Shown in pieces: positions 27,827 through 35,964 of a stretch of DNA of 64,000 bases. The notes beneath the pieces are model-generated. The model did no database searches, was not told the DNA's origin, and saw nothing but the letters and a program-made list of their open reading frames with translations. Both the position numbers and the translations under genes were made by a program. Each line of letters starts with the position of its first letter. The stretch's first letter is position 1. The stretch lies in the sequence record LC819007.1; one strand, given 5' to 3'.

Positions 27827-29560
27827 TCAGCGGCGGCTGATGATATCGACGCGCTGCGCGAGTAGGGTAAAAAAAGTGTTCACCACATCGAGCGGAATCA
27901 GGTGCGGGAAGCGGGGCAGACCCATTTCCTTGCCACTGGTTTCCGGGATCGCGACCAAGGCACGAGTTGAGTCGTCCTTGAACTTGTTGATCGCTTCTTC
28001 CAGGATGGCGGTGGCTTCCTCGTCCATCGACAGCACGTTCAGAATCTCCGCGATGTCCTCGCGGCTACTCGTTTCATGCCCTTCGATGAAGATCGACTTG
28101 ATCCACGCACCGTTGTTCCGCAGACGCGACGCCTTGGCGTGCGTAGCGATCATCCGGTTGCGTTCCTGTTCGTTCGGGGCGGCCTGCGTGAACGTCGAGT
28201 CCACGGTCTGCACGATACCGGCGATCCAGTGCTCACCATCAGCGATGTAGTTGTCCACATCGGTTGCAGCCACCAGCACTTCCAGACCCTCACGGATCTT
28301 GACGCGCCGGCCCTGCGCCAGCGACGGAATGAACGTCGACTGGTATTCCTTCACGCGATCGAGCGTCATCGAACCACGTTGGCGGCTAACCATGTGGGAG
28401 CGATGCTTGGCGTCGAAGCTGGCGTTGTCCACCCACATCAGCTTGGCGATGTTGATCTTGGCCGAGATCGTCTGGGTATTCTCGATCCCTTCCTTGGTCA
28501 CCAACGAGCGCACGTAGTCGAAACCACGCGGCCAGATGAGACACGCCATGCCCCAGAACAGGATGTTCAGATCCTGAATCTTGATCAGTGAACGCAACTC
28601 TTGATTGCTGTCCACCCGCACGCTGTGTTCGTAGATGTGCTCGAAACAGAAGTCGAGCAACCAGCTGTTGATGTAGCTCTGCTCGTTGGAGAACACCAAA
28701 CCAAAGGTCTCGCGACCCAGCTCGATCTTCTCTTCCTGCAGACGACGTTGCAACTCGATCAGCGACGACTCGGTCGGCGCCGACAGCGTGATCCAGAAGC
28801 CCGAGTGCCACAGCGGAATCGAGACGATACCACCGAAGCCCATGATCGAGCGCACCCGCAGGATCGCCTTCTCGCCGGTGTAACCACTGGCGCCAGCTTC
28901 TGCGAGCCGCGGCGGCGTAAAGCCGAGCTTGCCCGATTCGGTTTCCAGATACTGCAGGTAATTACTGCCTTCAGCTTTGACGGACGATTCGAAACGTCGA
29001 TCGATGAATACACTGCGCGAAGCAGCGGCCACGATCGATTGGTTCCAATCCGCACCTTTGCCGCTGCGCAAGGCATTCGGCGAGACGAACGCACGAATGC
29101 GCTCGTCGACTTCCTTGCCACGTTCAGCGAGGAAGAACATCACTTCGCTCGTCCCGTTCAGGTCCGTGCGATCGGCCAGAGGCACCGGCTGGCTGGCGTT
29201 GTATTCCATCGTCAGCGTCACGCCCTTGTTCTCCGAGGGCTCGAACGTCAGGCCCTCGTAGTCGGCGTGCACGGCATCGGCCGCACCGATGTTAAAGCCG
29301 CCGCCGGTGGTTTGACCCACCAGCACCGGACGATCCTTCTGGTCCTTCGGCTGCGCTTGCGGAGCTGCAGCGGCCTGCTGTTGGGCAGGCGCAGCTGCTT
29401 GTGCTTGAACAGGCGCTGCCGGAGCAGCAGCCTGCGGTGCAGGTGCCCGGATGGGCGAGGGGACCTTCACCACCGGGTCCTGAGCAACCGGCTGGGCCGG
29501 CAACTCAGCTTGCGGGGTGACGTCGATCCCGGCCTGCACTTGATCGTTATTCTCACTCAT
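27827..29560 (-). CDS. Conserved phiKZ-like protein, possible tail/baseplate-hub assembly chaperone (G-like)
   Basis: 577 aa; P/A/Q-rich N-terminal ~100 aa then a globular region; ends in a T TTT TTT slippery heptamer 14 codons before its stop. Confidence 0.6.
   Translation of the reverse strand: MSENNDQVQAGIDVTPQAELPAQPVAQDPVVKVPSPIRAPAPQAAAPAAPVQAQAAAPAQQQAAAAPQAQPKDQKDRPVLVGQTTGGGFNIGAADAVHADYEGLTFEPSENKGVTLTMEYNASQPVPLADRTDLNGTSEVMFFLAERGKEVDERIRAFVSPNALRSGKGADWNQSIVAAASRSVFIDRRFESSVKAEGSNYLQYLETESGKLGFTPPRLAEAGASGYTGEKAILRVRSIMGFGGIVSIPLWHSGFWITLSAPTESSLIELQRRLQEEKIELGRETFGLVFSNEQSYINSWLLDFCFEHIYEHSVRVDSNQELRSLIKIQDLNILFWGMACLIWPRGFDYVRSLVTKEGIENTQTISAKINIAKLMWVDNASFDAKHRSHMVSRQRGSMTLDRVKEYQSTFIPSLAQGRRVKIREGLEVLVAATDVDNYIADGEHWIAGIVQTVDSTFTQAAPNEQERNRMIATHAKASRLRNNGAWIKSIFIEGHETSSREDIAEILNVLSMDEEATAILEEAINKFKDDSTRALVAIPETSGKEMGLPRFPHLIPLDVVNTFFTLLAQRVDIISRR
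27869..27875 (-). other. Programmed -1 ribosomal frameshift site (T TTT TTT)
   Basis: Minus strand AAC ACT TTT TTT ACC; 7-T run phased as X XXY YYZ; the -1 frame equals the frame of 27384..27731 with no intervening stop. Confidence 0.65.
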
Positions 29561-29575
29561 GTTACGAGTTCCTGG

Positions 29576-30379
29576 TTACGCCGGTTCGGCTTCCGTTTCA
29601 GCAGCGGGTGCAGCTTGCGGATCTTCGGGGACCGGCACGGGATCAGCGCCCGTCGTATCGGCGACGATGTTCTTGATCTTCGCGAGATTCGACATCAGGC
29701 TGTGGTTCAGCTGGCTGGCGAGGTCGGGGTTGGTCTCCTTCAGCGCGATCAGAGCTTCTTGCAGCTGCTCCGAGGCGTGCACGACGATCGGCATCAGCGC
29801 CGAGTCGTAGCGTTCCATGAACTGAACGTATTCCGAGAACACCGCGCACGAGATCATCAGATCTTCCTGGCTGGTGGCGCCGGCGTCCTTGTCCTTGTGC
29901 TGGTTGCGGATCTTGTTCAGTTCTTCGACCAGACGCTTTGTGTCGTTCGTGATCGCATGGATGTTACGCGAGAGCAGACGCTTGTTACGCACCTGCTCCA
30001 GCAGTTCTTGTTCGCGCAGCAGCGGCACGAGCGCGAGCGACGTACGCAGCAGGTCGACGCAGGCGAGGTAGATGCCGTTGACTTCGGCCCAGGCGTTGTT
30101 GGTCGCGAAATAGTGGTCCGCGTGCTTTTCCCACGAACGCTTCTCGCCCTTACGCGAGCGCTGGTCCTTGCCGATCGTGCCCTTGCCCATTTCCATGACG
30201 GCGTCGGACAGGAGCTTCTTCGCGCGCGGCGACGGCACGGCGGCCGCTGCTGTCATCAGTTGACCTACCGTGGCGATCGCGGCGACGGAGTCTTGTTGCT
30301 GTTCTGCTTCTTTCAGCTGGGCAGCCGGCGTCTTGGGCCATTTGATGCCCGGATTCTTGGGTCGGGATTTCTTTGCCAT
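29576..30379 (-). CDS. Conserved hypothetical protein (basic N-terminus, helical core)
   Basis: 267-aa ORF 15 nt upstream of 27827..29560; strong phage-like codon usage. Confidence 0.7.
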   Translation of the reverse strand: MAKKSRPKNPGIKWPKTPAAQLKEAEQQQDSVAAIATVGQLMTAAAAVPSPRAKKLLSDAVMEMGKGTIGKDQRSRKGEKRSWEKHADHYFATNNAWAEVNGIYLACVDLLRTSLALVPLLREQELLEQVRNKRLLSRNIHAITNDTKRLVEELNKIRNQHKDKDAGATSQEDLMISCAVFSEYVQFMERYDSALMPIVVHASEQLQEALIALKETNPDLASQLNHSLMSNLAKIKNIVADTTGADPVPVPEDPQAAPAAETEAEPA

Positions 30380-30417
30380 GATAGTGGTTTGGTGAATCTG
30401 GGGTGTTGATGGAACAT

Positions 30418-30425
30418 GTAATGTG
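30418..30425 (-). promoter_or_regulatory. Possible early (virion RNAP) promoter variant CACATTAC
   Basis: One mismatch from the CATATTAC copies elsewhere; about 40 nt upstream of ATG 30379. Confidence 0.35.
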
Positions 30426-30558
30426 GCGAATCTTTTGACACGTCGAAAAAATGACGTCCGCCAAATACAGCACTACAGAATTTCAAGCTAGGTAAATAAT
30501 TACATGCAAACTATTTACCTACGATTTGGGTTCTATAGAAAGACATGAGGAAGTTTAA

Positions 30559-31437
30559 ATGCTCGCTATTCTGCAAGACCATCTGAGTCTGTCCGTCTCG
30601 CCGGAGTTATACTCCCTGTACGAGCGGGCCAATGACCTGTTCGACAAGTACGACCTCGAAGACTATCAGCTCGGCTACGAAGACCTGTTGGTCTCGGCTG
30701 ATGGTGCGGGTGACGGGGTGTCGGTCGCCGACAATGACGCGATCTGGCGCCTGACCATGCAGTTCCTGCGTCAGATCACTACCGAGCACCAGATCACACT
30801 CTCGGATGACGCCTCGCTCCTGAACTACATCCAGGTGCTGGAGTTCGTGCGTCAGATCGAAGCCACGGAGCTGACGCAAGAGTGTCTGGATGCACTCTCC
30901 TGTGACGAGTTCGACAACAAGGACGCGTTCGAGCGCTGCATGCTGATTGTTTCCGACATTCCGGAAGAAGAAAGCATGCTCTTCATTGACTCTATCCCCG
31001 ACTGTGTGATCGCAACGATGCGGGAGTATTTCTTCCGTCGCACTGAACTGGAGATCGAGACCGATCGTCTGGACCCGGCCTCCAAAGAGATCTACCGGGA
31101 GATGGACAAGTTCGCTCGTGTGGTGAAAGGTCAGTCAATGCGCTGCTACCAGTATCTCTTCAACGATGAAGGGGCGCTAGGTCTGCCGTTTGAAGCTCAC
31201 TGGCGCGAGAACGAAGAGTACCTGCTGCGTCTGCCGGTTGAAGCTATGGTCTACGAGTGTATCGGCTATGCGCTGATCTCCGAAGGCGGGCTGAACAATC
31301 CGCAGGCGACCATCATGGACTGTGTGGGCAAGGCTGTCTCGGATATCGAACGCACGACTGCCATCCAGTACCAAATTTCCAAAATCCTGATCGACTACCG
31401 GAATGAAGTGGCCTCCGGCATCGGTCTCGTTGTCTAA
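30559..31437 (+). CDS. Conserved phiKZ-like hypothetical protein (acidic, helical)
   Basis: 292 aa; GAGGA RBS; co-transcribed with the vRNAP beta-prime fragment. Confidence 0.7.
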   Translation: MLAILQDHLSLSVSPELYSLYERANDLFDKYDLEDYQLGYEDLLVSADGAGDGVSVADNDAIWRLTMQFLRQITTEHQITLSDDASLLNYIQVLEFVRQIEATELTQECLDALSCDEFDNKDAFERCMLIVSDIPEEESMLFIDSIPDCVIATMREYFFRRTELEIETDRLDPASKEIYREMDKFARVVKGQSMRCYQYLFNDEGALGLPFEAHWRENEEYLLRLPVEAMVYECIGYALISEGGLNNPQATIMDCVGKAVSDIERTTAIQYQISKILIDYRNEVASGIGLVV

Positions 31438-31445
31438 GACCCGTC

Positions 31446-32786
31446 ATGAATAAACGAGAGTTTTATCTACGTGCGCTGAAGAATGACGCGTATCTGGTTA
31501 CGGCCTGGAACATTGCCTGTTACAGCCTGATCGCCGAAGGCCACGAAGACTGGAAGAAGAACGCCTATCCGTACCGGCTGGTGCAGATGGCGAACGGCTA
31601 CTACTTCGTGGACCCGGACGACACCTCGAAGCTGATTCAGATCGAGGACAGCATCCCCGGCAAACCGCTCTTCGCTCGTAACGAGCTGATTGAGCTGGAT
31701 GTGGGTGAGCTGGCCAACGTCTACGACAAGGTGATTACCACCTACGGCAACGTGCTGGCGAACCAGTTGATGCTGGTGCGTGCCTTTGGGGGCAAGATCA
31801 AGTTTATGGTCGGTCGGATCAGCGTCAAGAAGATCGAGAAGATCATCGAACTGCGTCTGGAAGACAAGCCTGACCCCAAGATGCTGGTGGAGGCCGGACT
31901 GGGTGCGGAGGAAGGCAGCAATCCACTCAAGGCGCCGCTTTACGTCGACGAATACCTGCGCTTCTGTGACGGTGCGTTCTCGCTTGTGGCCTACACCCAG
32001 CTGTTCACTCCTGCAGATACTCGCAAGACCATGACACCGCCTCCGGGGGTCAAGGAACTGCGCGACATGCTCGTCAAGCAGAACAAGGATCACCTGCATG
32101 ACCGGGCGGTGGTGGCCGACATCGGGGAAAAGCTGCAGAAGCTCGACGCCGAGTACCTGAAGGGTGACCGGGGTGAGGACTTCCTGATCTCCAGCAAGCT
32201 GCGCAAGATCGTGCGACCGCGTCTGTTCCTGATGTACGGTGCAGAATCGGGCGTGGAAGAAAAGGTGGACGTCGACCTGATCCAGAACTCCTTGACGGAA
32301 GGCTGGGACATCGACAAGTTCCCTTCGATGAACAACGCCCTGCGTGCGGGCTCGTTCAACCGCGGTAAGCAGACCGAGCTGGGCGGTGAGGCTGTGAAGG
32401 ATCTGTTCCGGGCTTCTGGTAACTTGAAGATCTCCAGTCCCGACTGTGGCTCGACCGTGGGCCTGCCTTCGTACTTCGAAGAGGAAGACGCTGACCGGAT
32501 CATTGGCTTTAGCGCCATCGAGCCGGGTGGTCCGACCAAGATCACGCAGGAGAACGTTGGCAACTACCTGGGTAAGCAGATTCACTTGCGCTCGCCCATG
32601 ACTTGTAAGAACTCGGTGACCGACTACTGCGCGGTGTGTCTGGGTGATCGTCTGGCGAACACGCCGACGGGTCTTTCGATGGCCGTGGCTGACTACGGTT
32701 CGGCGTTCCTGTACATCTACATGTCGGCAGCGCACTCGAAAGGTATTCAGGTGGCACGACTGGACATCAAGAAGCAGCTGATGTAA
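31446..32786 (+). CDS. Virion RNA polymerase beta-prime subunit, C-terminal part (phiKZ gp80-like)
   Basis: NALRAGSFNRG, LGGEAVKDLFR (bridge-helix-like), DCGSTVG and LRSPMTCK...YCAVCLG zinc site of beta-prime; second such gene besides the nvRNAP copy. Confidence 0.88.
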   Translation: MNKREFYLRALKNDAYLVTAWNIACYSLIAEGHEDWKKNAYPYRLVQMANGYYFVDPDDTSKLIQIEDSIPGKPLFARNELIELDVGELANVYDKVITTYGNVLANQLMLVRAFGGKIKFMVGRISVKKIEKIIELRLEDKPDPKMLVEAGLGAEEGSNPLKAPLYVDEYLRFCDGAFSLVAYTQLFTPADTRKTMTPPPGVKELRDMLVKQNKDHLHDRAVVADIGEKLQKLDAEYLKGDRGEDFLISSKLRKIVRPRLFLMYGAESGVEEKVDVDLIQNSLTEGWDIDKFPSMNNALRAGSFNRGKQTELGGEAVKDLFRASGNLKISSPDCGSTVGLPSYFEEEDADRIIGFSAIEPGGPTKITQENVGNYLGKQIHLRSPMTCKNSVTDYCAVCLGDRLANTPTGLSMAVADYGSAFLYIYMSAAHSKGIQVARLDIKKQLM

Positions 32787-32793
32787 AACGACG

Positions 32794-32828
32794 GCATATT
32801 GGGCAGGGCTTGCGCCCTGCCCTTTATG
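32794..32828. terminator. Bidirectional terminator flanked by GCATA/TATG
   Basis: GGGCAGGGC/GCCCTGCCC stem between convergent genes. Confidence 0.85.
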
Positions 32829-33410
32829 TCAGCTTACCGGGAAATCTGCTTTCTTGATCTTCACCATGCGGCCATCAGGGTGATGCCACACGATGCCTTC
32901 AATCGGCAGATCCTTCAGGTACGCCCTCAACCCATCAAAGGTGCGCGGACAGTCTTCGATCACATCCTGCCCGTGCGGGTAGAGGCGATGTTCAGTCAGT
33001 CCTTCCGGATTGGCGCCATGACGCGTTCCAATTTTTGGCCCGCACGCTTCGTAGGTCCCATTGGGGATTCCATCAGGGTAGCTCTCACGAGCCCGGTTCA
33101 CAGCTTCCATCACGTGCTTACCCGACGGGGTATCGGCAGTGACCCAACCCGGCCAGTGACCGGTAATCGGATCAGGTTCCGGTTGGGCGGGGACAAACGT
33201 ATCGGGACGCTTACGACCTGTCTTCAGATCGTAACGCATGAAAACCTGGCCGTCCTGGATAAGCACGGCCACACCATCCCACTTACGCGTTGCAACGCCT
33301 TCTCCTTCAGCCACCCATTGTGCCGCGAGCATGACTTCGTCACGCACACGACGCTCGCCGAGCTCATCACGCTCAAGATTACGATGGAATAACGAAACGA
33401 TCTTCTTCAC
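32829..33410 (-). CDS. ATP-dependent RNA-ligase-like nucleotidyltransferase (DUF5565 / RLIG1-like)
   Basis: Motif I ATRKWDG, GTYEACGPKI, EGIVWHH (IV) and MVKIK (V). Start moved to GTG 33410 with a GGAG RBS (MKKIVSLF). Confidence 0.75.
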   Translation of the reverse strand: MKKIVSLFHRNLERDELGERRVRDEVMLAAQWVAEGEGVATRKWDGVAVLIQDGQVFMRYDLKTGRKRPDTFVPAQPEPDPITGHWPGWVTADTPSGKHVMEAVNRARESYPDGIPNGTYEACGPKIGTRHGANPEGLTEHRLYPHGQDVIEDCPRTFDGLRAYLKDLPIEGIVWHHPDGRMVKIKKADFPVS

Positions 33411-33500
33411 AACAACTCCGATAGTGGATAGAAAAGTTTCGAATCCCACCACCCCCACCGGAGCTACTACTTTACAACAGGACTATTACGGCAGCACAAA

Positions 33501-33522
33501 CGCCGGGGGTCCCACCCCGGCG
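33501..33522 (-). terminator. Intrinsic terminator
   Basis: CGCCGGGG/CCCCGGCG 8-bp stem followed by TTTG on the minus strand, just 3' of the tRNA-like element. Confidence 0.6.
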
Positions 33523-33540
33523 CCTGCGGTTAGCTAGGTA

Positions 33541-33604
33541 TGGTCATTGCTCTCTGAGGATGGATTCGAACCATCTTGCTTGGGCTGAGCCCGGACCCAA
33601 TGAC
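33541..33604 (-). ncRNA. tRNA-like element (perfect T-arm, closing stem, encoded 3' CCA); not a canonical tRNA
   Basis: Minus strand GATGG-TTCGAAT-CCATC; GTCATTG/CAATGAC closing stem; ends ...TGACCA; no normal D or anticodon arm. Confidence 0.4.
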
Positions 33605-33795
33605 AGGCCGACTGTGTCGATTGCGCACACACAAGGAATGAATCTACGCAATCCCGCTTTAGGTGTTCACAGTCCTGCAGACTTGGCTTACGCCTCCTCC
33701 ACTTTGTATACCATTTTCACCCCTCGTCCCGCTAACGAGCACGAATGCATGCGACTGCTAGTGCTCCATGGTATTTCTGTTGCTGTAAAAAAGAA

Positions 33796-34104
33796 CTAGA
33801 TACTGTCTCGCGGAGCCAGCACCTCTTCGAGCACGACCGCTGGCGAGTACATCGCCAGCATCTTGTCGTGGTCCATGCCTTGTTCCATACGCATCTCGGC
33901 AAGCGTATAGTCGTTTTCCAGAGCGACCTTGATACCGCGCGAGGTCAGCATTTCCTGGATCAGAGCGAGAATGGCGGTTTTGCCACTGCCCACGCCACCC
34001 GATACAGCGATCTTGACAATCGGGCGATCGGTATTCGCTAGTACGTCCGTGGCGAGACTAAGTTCCGGACGAACACGCACTTCTGCTACGGGGGTGTCAG
34101 ACAT
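33796..34104 (-). CDS. Small P-loop (Walker A) protein
   Basis: 102 aa, KIAVSGGVGSGKTAILALIQEML; AAGGAG RBS. Confidence 0.7.
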   Translation of the reverse strand: MSDTPVAEVRVRPELSLATDVLANTDRPIVKIAVSGGVGSGKTAILALIQEMLTSRGIKVALENDYTLAEMRMEQGMDHDKMLAMYSPAVVLEEVLAPRDSI

Positions 34105-34164
34105 GAAGCTCTCCTTGGTTGGGTTAGTTACATCAATAACTTAAGCTCGGAGTAAAATCCGGCT

Positions 34165-34851
34165 TCAGTCAACGACGAACGTACCCGACGGCGCAGTAAA
34201 GGGGCCTTTGTATCGTGCGACATTGGAGATACGGAATTCATCCATGTAGCCGCCCAAGGAATAGGCACCTGCGAAGTCACCACCGATCTGCATCGGAGAG
34301 GAGTTATTACCAAAGGTCTGGGTGGTCACTGCAACCTGGGCCTGTTGCGCGCCGTCGATATAGATCGTCCATTTGCCGTTATAGCTTTCCAGGGCAAAGT
34401 GCTGGCGTGTCTTGACCTTAAGCGCTGAGAGCGGCGCATTGATAGTCGGTGTACCACCAGTGGCATCATCCGCACCAACGAACATACCACCTGACGTAAT
34501 CTGAATCCGTGCCGAACTACCGGACGAACTCGACGCCTTGTAAAGCGCGGTCTGAAAGCCTGAGCCGACCGTATTGAGATACATGAAAAACTCAAGCGTG
34601 AATTCCCCGCTAAGACGAAGCTCGGGTGCATCAGCAGCCTGGACGTAACTCGTACCCGCCGTGACTGCGAGTGACGTGCTACCAATTAAGGGTTGGGCAT
34701 TGGACAGAGCCGCAGAACCAAAGACAGAGAAGTTCCGTGCTGGGTTGGCGGCGTCGGTAAAGACGGTGGAACCATTCGCGCCCTCAAAGTGCATCAAGAG
34801 CTTGGTTTTGACAGCCCGTGTAAGAGGAACAGACAACAACATTTCTAACAT
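34165..34851 (-). CDS. Putative fibre/receptor-binding protein with LamG/ConA-like lectin domain
   Basis: Starts MLEMLL; LLMHFEGANGSTVFTDAA, EFTLEFF, WTIYIDG and GGYMDEFRISNVARY. Confidence 0.75.
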   Translation of the reverse strand: MLEMLLSVPLTRAVKTKLLMHFEGANGSTVFTDAANPARNFSVFGSAALSNAQPLIGSTSLAVTAGTSYVQAADAPELRLSGEFTLEFFMYLNTVGSGFQTALYKASSSSGSSARIQITSGGMFVGADDATGGTPTINAPLSALKVKTRQHFALESYNGKWTIYIDGAQQAQVAVTTQTFGNNSSPMQIGGDFAGAYSLGGYMDEFRISNVARYKGPFTAPSGTFVVD

Positions 34852-34864
34852 GGCGGCGTACTCG

Positions 34865-34875
34865 TATTTAACATA
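34865..34875 (-). promoter_or_regulatory. Putative late promoter TATGTTAAATA
   Basis: Identical to 26350-26360; 14 nt upstream of ATG 34851. Confidence 0.5.
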
Positions 34876-34926
34876 CGATTCCGCGAGTCCTTTGTATGAA
34901 TTACCTCACCCACCTAGGAGACACCG

Positions 34927-35061
34927 ATGCTGTACATGCCGACGATTGCTGCGTATATGGGCGTTCGCGCCTGTATGACCATGAGCTGGATGTGGCCCAT
35001 GACCGTCATGCAGATGTTTATGCCTGTCGCGCCGCAGGCTGATATTCGCCCTCGGCCTTAA
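34927..35061 (+). CDS. Unannotated 44-aa methionine-rich peptide
   Basis: AGGAG RBS 7 nt before ATG; MLYMPTIAAYMGVRACMTMSWMWPMTVMQMFMPVAPQADIRPRP (10 Met). Confidence 0.5.
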   Translation: MLYMPTIAAYMGVRACMTMSWMWPMTVMQMFMPVAPQADIRPRP

Positions 35062-35228
35062 ATTTACCGGCCTACCTTATTGGATGCGAGTGCGTGACAC
35101 CACTCGTGGGGATGCTGCGAAATGCACACCGGAGGTGTGGGAAATATTAAGCTATTATACCTAGTGCGTAAGCACTCTGGAATCTTATAGAACAACAATA
35201 ACCTAATCACACGTAGCGGAGATAGACC

Positions 35229-35450
35229 ATGAGCGGCTGCTGTATCGCTCCGGATACCACGGAGCTGGAAGAAGAATGCATGGACCGGCTAATGCCGTGG
35301 AAGTGCTACTCGAACGATCTGCGTCAGTTCGAAGAGTTTCCTACCATCACTGCCATGGCTGCGGCTAAGGGCGTGAGCGTGGAAATGATCATGAATGCCA
35401 TTGGCGGAAACAAGGGCAACTTCGAAGGCATGCATTTTGTCAAACGCTGA
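35229..35450 (+). CDS. Small protein with NUMOD1-like helix-turn-helix
   Basis: GGAG RBS; EFPTITAMAAAKGVSVEMIMNAIGGNKGNFEGMHF fits the NUMOD1 pattern. Confidence 0.5.
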   Translation: MSGCCIAPDTTELEEECMDRLMPWKCYSNDLRQFEEFPTITAMAAAKGVSVEMIMNAIGGNKGNFEGMHFVKR

Positions 35451-35529
35451 TCCGAACGGGGAGGGTAACCTCTCCGTTTATGCCGCCTATTCGATGTAGT
35501 ACCTTTCCATCCACTTTAATAACAACGCC

Positions 35530-35889
35530 ATGCATCTCTTTCTCCATTTCACTTTCCCGGTCTTGTTCTTCTGCTTGATCGGCGGTCACTTCTTCGGCGA
35601 CTTCGTATTCCAAAACGATTTCGTCGCCAAAGCGAAGAACTTCACCCTCACACCCGATCCGCGTTTCTGGGTGCCGGTGCTGCTCAGTCATTGCTGGGTG
35701 CATGCCATGTTAGTACTGGCGATTACCGGTACATTCTGGGCAGGGCTCTTCATGCTCGTGACCCACTGGTGTATCGACTGGTTCAAATGTGCGGGTTTGC
35801 TCGGCAAAGACGGCTTGGGCTTCGTGCTGGACCAGTTACTACACCTCGTGGTCGTGTTCGTGCTTGCGTGGACATTGGCGCCGCTCTAA
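35530..35889 (+). CDS. DUF3307-like membrane protein
   Basis: LIGGHFFGDFVFQNDFVAKAK, HCWVH, THWCIDWFK and LDQLLH with hydrophobic helices. Confidence 0.75.
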   Translation: MHLFLHFTFPVLFFCLIGGHFFGDFVFQNDFVAKAKNFTLTPDPRFWVPVLLSHCWVHAMLVLAITGTFWAGLFMLVTHWCIDWFKCAGLLGKDGLGFVLDQLLHLVVVFVLAWTLAPL

Positions 35890-35964
35890 GGCTCTATTGT
35901 GTGCTAGGGTAATCCCTCCATCTATTACCCGCATTTTCCATTCATTTTCTTGGAGTTTAATTCC

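Noticed and set aside
33541-33630. Canonical tRNA call (including a TCA anticodon reading)
   Set aside because: No 7-bp acceptor directly after the T-arm, no D-arm, and the GGGC-TCA-GCCC loop is only 3 nt. Kept only as a tRNA-like element.
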